Shown here: in pieces, positions 31,915 through 42,674 of the stretch
How the letters are laid out: every line of letters begins with the position of its first letter
How positions within the stretch are numbered: position 1 is the stretch's first letter
Source: Vitrella brassicaformis CCMP3155
Taxonomy: Eukaryota; Protista; Chromerida
NCBI GenBank assembly: GCA_001179505.1
Contig: CDMY01000474.1
Span: 5,581-69,580, forward strand
Direction of reading: 5' to 3'
DNA: 64,000 nt
The notes under the pieces: model-generated
What the model was told of the DNA's origin: nothing
The model's input: the letters and a program-made list of their open reading frames with translations, nothing else
The model's database searches: none
Translations under genes and position numbers: made by a program

Positions 31915-34493
31915 CTACCCACCGACCGCCGCCCTTAGATCGAACACACGGCCCCTCTCATGCCCCTGCCTCTGTCTCAGATCCAACACACGAGCACTGA
32001 CGTCCTTAGCCACATCCTGCTGCCTCAGATCCAGTGCAGCATCAGCCCCGGAAGGGTCCCCATTGGCAACAAGATAACGCCGGTCCGGCCTCTCGGGCCG
32101 CCTCCCTAGCTGCTGAAACACCTGCAGCTGTGCCAGGATGGCATCCCTCTCCTCCCGCGTCAGATGTGCGCGGCACGAGGGACACACAAGCACGCCGTCG
32201 AGGTGGTCCTGGACCACTGCATCGTCGCCCATGTCGATCTGCAGCTGATCGATGACGTCCTCGTACCACTCAGCGTTGTCCTCTGTCAGCTCAACCAGCT
32301 CGGCTGAGAGAATGGATGACAAGGAACACGAAACAGACGCGCGGATATGTGGATGTGTGGATGTGTGGATGCGTGGATTGGGGTTGCTTACGGTTGTTGC
32401 ATCGGAGGCATCTAGAGAGGGGTCTGTGTGTCCAGTTGAGCCTCAGGTGCTGGTTGATCTCGTTGACATCACCCTCCAGCGTGTTGAAGCGCAGCGACTG
32501 CACCGTCCTGTCAGCCCAGCCATCGACAAATACCTGACACCACAACACACCACAGCAACAACCACAGAGTCGATGAATGGAAAGATGCGTCCATCGTACG
32601 GTCTAACCTGTTTGTATCTGAGGGCCCTGAGTGGCGTGGCTGGGTCGAGTGCGGCGGCGATGCGCCGTGCCATCTCACTCCGCAGCCGATAGGCAAGGGG
32701 AGGCTTCGACAGCACCACACGACGTGACCCTTTCTTGGTTGCCGCATCCAACATGCGCCGGGGACTGATCGATTGATGTCCACACAGCAATGGCACATAC
32801 ACACAGAGGGGAGACACACGTTGCATATCGATGGCACCCACCTTCTGTATGGGTCATCCAGTCTATTGGTGGCCTCGATGACGTCATAGCCGGCAGCACG
32901 CAACCATTTGCCCAGTTCCTGAAAGAAAGACACGAAGCAAATCGGTCGGTCATTCCCCACTCGTCATGACGTGCTAATGTGTACCTCCTTCGCCGCATCT
33001 GCGTCGACCAGTAGCCGCAGACTGTCAGGATTCACACTTGAGGGCGACCGCATCCTCTTCAGCGGCACAAATGGGGGCATCCCCTCGCCAGTCCACTTAT
33101 CGCCCTCGTCACCGTTCCCCCTGCTCGAGTGCAGCATCGCGGCGGTGTCGTAGCTCTGCGCTCCCGGCGGCACCCCCACCAGCATCGCCTCGCCCGTGTC
33201 TTTCTCGGTGAAGAACTCGCCGTGACAGTTGAGCAAGGCCGATGCGGCCTGCCCGTCCGTCAGAGTCAGCTGGGTGAAGGTGCCGTAGCGATCGATGGGC
33301 GCGCCGTCAGACCGCCGCTTGTTCGCCCCCTCTGTGCGTTGCAGCTCAATCGACGTGATGCGCGCCGGATCGACGCCCTTGCTCTCGCAGAAGTCCCTTA
33401 GGTCCATCTCAGTTACCCATGACGGCAGCTTGCCCATGTAGATGCGCGAAGGGGCAGCGGGGAGGGAGGGGAGGGGGGAGGCAGTGTCTGGATGTGAGGA
33501 AAACGGGTCCATTTCTGCCACAAGGTTCCATCTGTGTCTGTAGGGGGCCGTCCGTAGCCGTCTGTCGTCTTGCTCGACCATCATCTGCCCGCTGAGGATC
33601 TCTCTGGCCTGCTTGGCGCTCTCGTGATCGTCAAATCGCAGGTAGCCTCGCCCGATGTGTCGTGTGGAACATGTCCGCGGCAGCCTTATCTCCCGCACTC
33701 CCCGCACCTTGACCAGAGCCAGCCACCCCCTCACGTCGTCCATCAGCGCCTTGAAGGGCAGCCCCACAACAGTCACGGCCGCATCCTCGTCGTGGTATGC
33801 GTCAAGACGGACGGGCTCGGTCGCGTGGGGGAGGACAATCTGGTTGTCGAAGAGCAGCGCCCGCTCCCTCTCGAGCATGGTCGGGAAGTGCAGCAGGGCA
33901 GTGGACGGGGAGAGGGGCGTGACAGAGGTGAGGTTGAGGCCCAGCTCGGTGCGCAAGATTTCGGACAAGGCTTCCTGGGAGTCGGTGTCAGGGAGGCCTG
34001 CTGCAAGGGCCGTGAAGTCATCTCCTTCGCCCCAGAAGAACGGCACACGGGTGCGCTTCATCTGCTCATCAGCAAGGTCCTCAAGCTCTAACTCCTCATC
34101 GCCGATAGCCTCGCTCTCCACGTCGCCCTCCTCGTCAGCCATTTCACCATCACCTTCGCCTTCATCTTGCTGGCGGTCTTCTGTCGGCTCAACGTCCCGC
34201 ATCCGCCGGACCGTCGCCAAGAACTCAGGCAGCGGCTCTTCGTCGCCGTCACCATCGCCCTGCTGCTTCTTCTCCCTGGCAAGCTCCTTCTTCAGCAGAT
34301 CACCCAGCCGTGCCTTTGCCTTCAGCCGAGAGCGCCTGGGGAGTGCTGCCACGCGTGGCTTAGTGGGCAGCAGAGGGGCAGGAAAGATGAATGCCGATGA
34401 GGGGAGGGCAAGGGCGGCAACAGAGAGGACCATCGTCACCGCCAGCGGAAGCGCGAGAGATGTCACCAGCATCTCGACGACGGATCTTCGCAT
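31915..34493 (-). CDS. Plastid-targeted RNA-binding protein: 2-3 RRM domains fused to a Mut7-C RNase domain (PIN-like + Zn ribbon); 5 exons, 757 aa
   Basis: Exons 34493-32985, 32918-32842, 32764-32608, 32533-32392 and 32303-31915 splice in frame (2274 nt). Presequence ...AALALPSSAFIFP; RRMs VTVVGLP...RGYLRF and RIYMGKLP...; Mut7-C motifs LLVDADAAKE|ELGKWLRAAGYD, SRCLRCN and VCPSC. Confidence 0.82.
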
Positions 34494-34680
34494 TCACTCA
34501 TGATCTTGGTAGAACAGCAGCAAAGACAGACCGCAGAGCTCTGGGATGATGGAGAAAGGAAGGGAAGAGCACACAGATCTTTGCAGCTCGCAGTGGATTT
34601 TTTCGAGCTCGCGGTTGAAAAGGCAGATCTCCTTTCCCCCCCTCTTCGCACGGCCGTAGGCGACGTCCCCTCTTCCCCCC

Positions 34681-35667
34681 ATGCAGCAGACGAGGTTGGG
34701 CGTTTGCCTTCTCACCCTCATCTGTGGAGGTCACATGTGCGGCGTCAGCAATGCCGTCACAGCAGCAGCATCAGCAGCTGGATTCGTCCCCCCAACAGCT
34801 CCCCTCATCCGTTCCAGAGGCGCATCTCCCCACAGGCAGCCCGCACGGACGGCGACGAGCGCCATGCCGGAGGCGCTGGGTGCTTTGTCAGGGGTGACCA
34901 ATCTGATGTCAGAGGTGGTGGAGGTGGAGGGCGGCGGCTCGGCCATCCTGAATCTGGACCTGCTCGAGACAGGCATGATCAACTTGGCTATCGCGTGGGT
35001 GCTCTTCTACAACTTCGTGTGGAAGGCCATCGTCAACAATAACAGGAACATCGAGCGCGAGAAGGTCAAGGAGTTCGCAGAAGACGAGAAGGCCGCTGCC
35101 GACGTGGCCAGGGAGATCTACGCACACAACCAGGGCATCGACTCGCTCGACGAGAAGATGCAGCAGCTCAAGACGGCGCTGGCGGCCAAGGGCGGCAAGA
35201 TGGTCGAGACGGCGCGTGAGGACTTCACCACCGCCCTGGACAAGTTCACCGCGAGCGAGGAGGCCAACGTCAAGGAGCACGCCAAGCAGATCGTCACGGC
35301 GCGTGAGGACATCAAAGTGGGCAAGGCGCTTGAGGAGGTGGTCAAGCAGAAGCTGCTGCAGCGGCGGCTGCTCCTCAAGCTGCGGGCCGCGTCGGGCAGC
35401 AAGGAGCTGGACCCCTTCATGGCCTCACTCAACGTGTACGACCCCGGCCTGCCCGACTGGGCCCTGACGAGCAAGTACCTGGGCTTCCACCAGCAGTTCG
35501 CCACGCCGCCGGCCACAGACATTGCCGTCAACGATGTGGTGCTGAGGGCGCTGGCCAAGATGCAGGCCAAGAAGGAGGGAAGGGCGGACGACGAGCAGGT
35601 GCTGCTCAACAAGGCACTCAGGTCCGTCGTCGCCGCAAACGCTTTCGAGAAATCACTCGCTGACTAG
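34681..35667 (+). CDS. atpF: Plastid ATP synthase CF0 subunit b (AtpF), nuclear-encoded, intronless, with presequence and C-terminal extension
   Basis: Signal peptide + AAGFVPP transit motif. LNLDLLETGMINLAIAWVLF matches the AtpF N-terminal/TM signature (cf. cyanobacterial INLDFLEANLFNLAI) and is followed by a long A/E/K-rich helical stalk. Single 328-aa ORF. Confidence 0.8.
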   Translation: MQQTRLGVCLLTLICGGHMCGVSNAVTAAASAAGFVPPTAPLIRSRGASPHRQPARTATSAMPEALGALSGVTNLMSEVVEVEGGGSAILNLDLLETGMINLAIAWVLFYNFVWKAIVNNNRNIEREKVKEFAEDEKAAADVAREIYAHNQGIDSLDEKMQQLKTALAAKGGKMVETAREDFTTALDKFTASEEANVKEHAKQIVTAREDIKVGKALEEVVKQKLLQRRLLLKLRAASGSKELDPFMASLNVYDPGLPDWALTSKYLGFHQQFATPPATDIAVNDVVLRALAKMQAKKEGRADDEQVLLNKALRSVVAANAFEKSLAD

Positions 35668-36134
35668 GGGCTGCAGGGAGGGAGGGAGGACAGGCAGTTT
35701 TGGTTTGTGAAGCTAGATGAGGGAGAGAGCGTCTTGATGGGATTTTTGGACGCTCTGATAGGTGCTGTGTCTGTCTGTCATTTTCCACCCCCACTCTCCC
35801 GCCGTATCTTGTTTGCCGCGTGTTGTGGCACGGACGACCCCTACGCCACCACCGACGCATGGATGCATTGATGCACGAGAGCATTGATGCACGAAGCCAT
35901 GCTTCGATGGTGGCATGAGGAGCGCGGGAGGGCCACAACAAGCAGCAAGACAAGGTCGGGGGAGTGCAGTTGTGTACCCGATGTGAGATCTTTCAAGTGA
36001 CAGTGACACACACGTGCATGTCGTATGTACACATACGAACAATCAATCGTATGCTTGGTCCTCACCACCTCGAATGCGATCGACTCCCGCAGATCTCGCT
36101 GAATTTTGAAAGGAACGAGAAGGATTCGTTTGTC

Positions 36135-37389
36135 ATGGAGGTCTTCATCGTGCGGCACGGCGAGAGGTGTTTCACTCATGCCAGTGCCATCACTGATCTC
36201 CACCAGCTCAATTGCATGTGGCTGCCTGCTGCAGAATCGACATGGTGGAGTCCGGCTGGCTGCGCAAGGCAGGCCACAACAGAAAGCATGACCCACACCT
36301 CGCGCGTACGTCCCCGACCAACGACAGACAGAAATGTCAGTGCATTCATATCTTTGCTTGTCTGTGGGTGTGGTGTTCGCGTGTGCAGCGAAGGGCTGGA
36401 TACAGGCAAAGGAAACAGCAGAGAGGCTGGCGGCCATCCTGACCAGAGATGGCATGAAGGCCCCTGCTGCTGTGTGCATCATCTCGTCGCCGTTCGTTCG
36501 TTGTATTGAGACGGCCAGCGTGGGCGGACCCGGACACACAGACAGACAGGGGAATGAATCCCTGTACGTAGGTTGTATGACATGATGTTATGCTATGTGT
36601 GTGTAGGTGATTGCCGAGAAGCTGGACGCGCCATCCATCAAAGTCGAGCCAGGTGGGCAGTGCAACACAGCCCAGCCCAGCCCAGCTGTCTGTCCGTGAA
36701 TGGATGCAGGTATCTGTGAGGTGATTCACGTCTCGCCGCCCGAGTACCTCTCTGCAGAACAACTCAAGGAGACCTTCCCAAGGTACGTCAGGAGAAGCAC
36801 AACACCCGAAACAGCCACAGGGATCAATCACGCTCCTTGCTTTCTTTGCCCTGGCTGGCTGTGTGCGTGGTGCGTGTGCAGGATAGACGAGTCATACGTG
36901 GCGCAGATGCACCCATCAGCAGCTGAGTACGGAGACGACATCTGCATCCACCGATCGGCCAAAGTCGCCAGGACTATATGCGCCCAGCATGAGCAGACGT
37001 CGCCCTCGACGCCTTTGGTGTTTGTGGGGCATGGCGCCTCGTGTGCGGGCATCTTTGACGGTTTAGTCGGGCGCGTGTCTTACCAGGGGCTGTGTACGGT
37101 GACGCACCTGGTGCGGCCGACACCCGGCGAGAAGTGGAGGGTGCTGCTGGAGGGCGATGCTGCTCACCTGTCGGGTGAGCTCGATATCACGCAACATCCA
37201 GCTGTCAGCAGTCTGTGTGCCGTGTGTGTTTGCTGGCAGACAAAACAAATCTGCGGCCCTACTGACTGTTGCGTTTGGGCAGCTCCTGAGTGTTGTTGCT
37301 GTTGCACAGTTCAACCGAGCGGTCTTTCTGTGTCGGGGCTTTCGTCGGTCTACAGGCAGCAGCTGGTAGAAGTTCAGACACAGAGATAA
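36135..37389 (+). CDS. Histidine phosphatase (phosphoglycerate mutase superfamily, branch 1)
   Basis: MEVFIVRHGER|IDM...HDPHL, G..QA, ISSPFVRCIETA, IKVEP|GICE, LVFVGHGAS; several GT-AG introns. Confidence 0.9.
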
Positions 37390-37779
37390 GGACTCTGTGC
37401 CTGAACAATCTGCTGGTTGCTGCCGAGGGCAGATGAGAGCCAGACATGGAAAGGCTGACGATAGATACTGCAGAGGAATTTTACTAGTAGGGATGGCGGG
37501 TGCAGTGCATGCGCATTTTGGATAACGTGTGTGGTCCTACAATATGCAGTATGGGCCGCTCAGACGATGGGTGGGTGCCAGGAATCGGACGTCATTACAT
37601 ATTCCATAAGGTTCATACCTCTGTACACGCCCGCCAGCGGCCTTCGAACACGGACAGCCATCCATCCATCCATCCAGGCAGGCAGGCAAAAAGACCGTCA
37701 TTTACTCACTATACACACACTAAGCATTCCTACCCTCATCATCAGCCAGCCAGTTTTCCCCACCTCAGTGCTCATCTTG

Positions 37780-39034
37780 CTAAGCTGCTCTGTATCTGCC
37801 CTCAGTGTCCATTGGCGCCCCCTCCCTGTCCGCCTCGTCCGATGCCGCGATGAAGTCATTGAGCAGCTCCAAAGTCTCGCGGGGCTTCTCGCTGTGCACC
37901 CAATGACCTTAACACAGACAGGCACAACAACACACGGTGCTCTGACGGGTGGTCTGTGCCCGGTGGGTAGACACCTACCAACCTACCTGCGTCAGGGATG
38001 ACTTCGAGCAGTGCGTTTGGGAAGTGCTCGTATATGGCGGGGAGGTAGTGGTTCTCGATGAAGCGCGACTCGCTGCCCTTGATGAACAGCGACGGCTGAT
38101 GATACGTCAGGGAGGCTGGGTACTCCCATCCCGCCAGCTGAGGGTAACACCTGCCGTCAGGCACACAAATCCCACGCACAATGAGACAAATACGCATAGA
38201 TGGCGGCAGATCGGCTCACCCACCGCATGATAGCGCCCACGTTCATCTTCCATCCCCAGGTGCCGTCACTTCTCTCATGGGCACTCTGAAGCAGGAATGC
38301 CCGCAGCCCCTCCGACAGCCACGGCGCCCTCTTCTGCAGCAGTGCATCGGCCTCCTTCCGGTTGGTAATGCCCTCCTGCGCCAGATGGATGGAGTGCACC
38401 AGCTCCACTACGTCGCGCGTCGAGTAGCCGTCACGGTTCTTGGGCGACTCCACCGACAGATAGTCCACCTGCACAGACGGGACGTACACGCATTCGCACA
38501 TGGATGCCTGACGTGTTCCCTCTGTCTATCTGTCCGCCAGCCGCTCACCGGCGCCATGTCGATGCATCCCATCTTCCTGACCCTGTCCGGGTGCATCAGT
38601 GCCGTCGCCATGGCCACCTTGCCGCCCAGTGAGTGACCCACGAGCACCCACTCTTCAATCCCGATCTCGTCCATGAGGTGCAGCGTGTCGGCCACCATCG
38701 CCTCGATGCTCATGTCGTCGTGGTGCGGTGAGCTGCCATGGTTTCTCAGGTCAGCCACGATGCAGCGCGGCGCGTGGATGGCCTTGGCGAATGAGTTGAA
38801 GTTGAGCTTGGATCCGAAGAGGCCGTGCAGCAGCATCACTGGCGGACAGGAGTGGTACTTGTCATGGTACTTCTCAATGCTGATCTCGCGGCGGGAGAGT
38901 GCAACGGATGAGAAGGCCCTCCTGTGTGCTTTGCCATCAGAGGTTCTCCCAGCGATGAGTCGAATCGCTTCACGGTGGCCAGATGTGGTAGCTGTGCTGA
39001 TGATAGCTGTGCTCCCGAGCCTTAGCGCGTTCAT
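37780..39034 (-). CDS. ABHD11: ABHD11/YbfF-like alpha/beta-hydrolase (esterase), probably mitochondrial
   Basis: LLHGLFGSKLN, DLRNHGSSPH, nucleophile GHSLGGK, IDMAP, LFIKGSES and |GHWVHSEKP. The R/S/A-rich N-terminus resembles a mitochondrial presequence. Stop TAG at 37780-37782. Confidence 0.9.
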
Positions 39035-39250
39035 TTCACCACCCACGCCTCCGATCGGAAAAGTGAAGCTCGCAAAATGGTCTTTCCCAAAAGGGCGTTC
39101 TTCCTTCCAAGGGTGCGTTGTTGACCGCCACGCGTCAGATCTTACAATCCCTTCCAGAGCGGCAAGTGAACAGGGTTCGCATTAGCAGAGGCGACAGCTG
39201 GTGCTGCTCACGCTGGCGCGTCTGCTCCACTGGTGACGGAGTACTGCCTG

Positions 39251-40551
39251 ATGGAGCCTTTGGTTCAGAACGATGGTCTATCTCAGACGGGTGGCGTCCC
39301 TATATCCCACAGGGCAGTGCAGCGGGACGGCGCTACGGCTGGAGAACAGCCTGCAACGGCGGCCACAGAGGAGAGGCAACCGCTCTTCCAATTCGCAAAG
39401 CCCGGACACACACCAGCCAGGAGCAGAGACGGCAGCCCGTAAGCACCTCCAACACAAGGGATGGATGGATGGATGGCATGTGTGTGTGGTTCTCTGTGGT
39501 GTTGATTGTAAGTAATGTGACTGACGAGGTGTTCAACGCTGCGTCGCATCTGGTGGGGAGTATGCTGGCCATCATGGGGTTCCTGATGCTCGTAGTCAAG
39601 AGCAGCGTCGAGGGCAAACCATGGTACGTATAAAAGACACAGACGTTGGTTAGTTGCACTCACATGTCATGTGTGCGTTGTTGGCCTGTGCAGGCACATA
39701 GTGAGCTTCAGCATCTACGGTGTGTGTACGATAGCGGTGTTTGTGACGTCTTTCCTGCACCACGGGCTCCACTCGGAGCGGTTCGACGCCATATTCCTCA
39801 TGGCCGACTACCTTGCCATATACGCCATGATCGCAGGTACATACGCAGCAGACAAAGAAAGGCATGTGTGTCAATCGGAGCAATGAGTGGTTGCGGTGTG
39901 TTTCCTGCTGTGCACAGGGACTTTCACACCCCTGTGTCTAGTGTACTTCAACCACCAGTGGATCGGTGAGTGAGTGAGAAACCACAAAGACAATGAGTGG
40001 ATGTACTTGTGTGGCACATACAGGGTGGGTGTTCCTGGGGTCGATATGGTTCTTCGCTTTGACCGGGATGAGCACCCACATAGTCATGGGCCACGACCAC
40101 GTACCCAAGTGGCTCTCAATGACCATACACGGATTCATGGTATGCACACAGACACACGGACATAAAGCATCCCACGTTCACGCGCACGTGCTCCCTGACT
40201 CTCTGTCAGGGGTGGACGGGCGTCTTTGTGGTGATTCCTCTGTGTGCGGTGATGCCGGCCGGCGGCATTTGCCTCATCGTCCTGGGCGGCGTCCTCTATA
40301 CGGGCGGGGCTGTCATATTCGGGGCAGAGAAACCCAACCCATGCCCGGGCAGGTACACAGCCGATGACACACAATGGTCGTGTGGGCATTTCTCTCTCTC
40401 ACTTTGTGTGTGCGTCGATTATATGTACAGGTTCGGCTTCCACGAGATTTGGCACTTGTTTGTGCTGCTGGGGGCCCTCACGCACTGGCTGTGCATGTGG
40501 TTCTACGTGGAGCCTTACGCTGGGCCGCCAGCGCTCGCGCAACAGGCGTGA
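39251..40551 (+). CDS. Hemolysin-III / PAQR-family 7-TM membrane protein
   Basis: DEVFNAASHL, S.LHH, DYLAIYAMIAG|TFTP, LYTGGA and GFHEIWHLFVLLG across about 7 exons. Confidence 0.92.
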
Positions 40552-41200
40552 TGGACGAGGGAAGCGTGGAAGCAGAGGCCTGTGCGGTGTGTTGCGCTGC
40601 GGGTCACGGGGAACCATTACAAGTACGTGCGGGGATGTGCGTAAACTGATGTCCGTGATGATGATGCTGTTGATGGATGATGAGTGGCGGTGTAATTTGG
40701 TGTGTGCAAAGAAAGGATGAGCCGATGGATGGATGGATGGATGCGTGTGATGCCAGTGTGTGTCTTTTTGGTGCGTGAGGGAGCCAGACAGACAGACAGA
40801 CAGACAGAGGGAGTGACGATTGATGTGCCGACTGTCTGACTGACTGACTGCTCGACTGACTGACCGACTTGTAGAGCCTTGCTCAATTCATTGAACACCT
40901 TCAGACACAGGTCAATACACACACACGATGGATTAGCTATCCAATAAGTGGGCGCGTATCCCAGATGGCGGCAAGTCGTATCCAAGGAAAGAATCAGCCT
41001 CTGATGACCTATTTCTCGGATGCACGGCCTGGCAGCCAAGCCGGCTACACGCCTGTGCGAAGTCACTCATCAACGCACAGGTGAGCACATGGGAAGACAC
41101 ACAAGTGAGCTGACATGTCACTGCACCTTGCACCCACGATTCGAAGAAAGCCACCGTGAGACGGCCGCTTGAGCAACCCAGTGCGTAGTCCATTGACGAA

Positions 41201-41636
41201 AACCAGCTATACACACCAGGCGGTCATATACAGTGATCAAGTCAGTCCACCTATCAACACACACCCTCTCTACGTGCTTCATTCTTCTGGGACCATGTGC
41301 AGTGACGTTGAGTGGACAACCGTGCTGTCGACAAAGGTAAGATGCACGTGCCGTGAATGCTAGTCAGCATAAGAGAGGCCACACAAGTGAGCGAGCGTGC
41401 CACTGGGGCTCAAGAAACGAGAATGTATCCGAGGGACCAGCCCACGTCGGCTTCTTCCTCAGATGCACCACTCGGCACTCCAGCCACCGTGACACACCCA
41501 CCGACAGAGGGCAACGCAGTAAGTACATCAATGACTGACAACCAGCTATACACACACCAGGCGGTCATATACAGTGATAGAGTCAGTCAGTCTTCGCAGT
41601 ACCCGTCCTGTCTATCATATCAACACACCCCCTCTC
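41201..41636. repeat. Imperfect direct repeat (~50-70 nt, two copies ~340 bp apart) in intergenic DNA
   Basis: aaccagctatacacaccaggcggtcatatacagtgat..gtcagtc...tatcaacacac.ccctctc at 41201-41270 and 41540-41636. Confidence 0.85.
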
Positions 41637-41660
41637 AGTGTCCTCCCCTCTATCGACCGA

Positions 41661-42347
41661 TCATCCTACGAGCCGCCTGATGCCCTCGGCAAGCCACCCC
41701 AGGATGCCGCCCTTGGTCAGCAACACCAGCAACCCTGATTGACACACAACACACACCATACACAGGGCATCCTTTGTGCGTGTGTGGCGAACAGGCGCAC
41801 CCGAGATGAGCACAAGCAAGCCCACAAACATGAGTGCGAAGACGGCCTTGATGGCCATCGATTCGCGAGGCGACAGCCCACTCGTGAGTGCACCCAGCTT
41901 CTGCAGAGCAGCGCGGCCCTCGGGAGTCAGCCTCGACCGAAACCACTGCACACACACTCCACGCACCCACCAGCCCGAAGAGCACGTCCGTGCAGTTGCG
42001 TGCTATCAAGAGATACATGCATGGCTCACCTCGGCTCGTCTTCGGGCAGCCTCTACATCAGCCTGAGAGATCGGCTCCCGCCTTTCGTTGCCGTCAGCAG
42101 CTGTCATCGTGTTGCCGGCCTGCGCATCCGTCGGCATTCCTCTCCTCTGCCGCATGCCCTCCCTCTGCGCCGCGCCACTAGTGACGACGGACGTGTGGCC
42201 GTCGGGCTGGGCGTCCTCCTGCTTGGTCTTGGGAGTCGGGCTTCTTCGGCTGGCGTAGACGAGGAACGACAGACCAGCGATGATGCCCGCTGAGAAGACG
42301 GCGATGGCCTCGGCAGGCGCCCCTGCCCACACCCCCGGCAAATCCAT
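41661..42347 (-). CDS. Small membrane protein with N- and C-terminal TM segments, unknown function (3 exons)
   Basis: MDLPGVW...AIAVFSAGIIAGLSFLVY; EAARRRAE|WFRSRL...; KAVFALMFVGLLVLISG|LLVLLTKGG...RRLVG*. Confidence 0.7.
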
Positions 42348-42674
42348 GCGCAAGCAGCTGCCCTTCTGAAGCGTCGAGAATTGTCGCCGAGAGACGACGA
42401 CAGATGAACCCTAGCCCGAAGAATATTTCGTTCCAATTTCGACACATTCCAGCGTCGTTTGTTCGCCGCAGCTTGCGTGCCGCCTCATTTCTGTAGAGAG
42501 CACAGCATCCAATCGCAGAAGAGGCCATCCAACTTTATCAGCGGTCCGGCCTTTCCCGACTCTTTCCCGCAGCTGCTGGACGCTGCTGGTGGTCCCCTTT
42601 GATGTGATGTTGAGAGTGTTTCGGCTGGGGACCGTGCATGACACAAGGTAGGATAGTTGTTTGAGCACTTGTGA

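Noticed and set aside
40617-41214. Minus-strand ORFs between the PAQR and small membrane protein genes
   Set aside because: No consistent splice path or motif; partly microsatellite. May be a degraded fragment.
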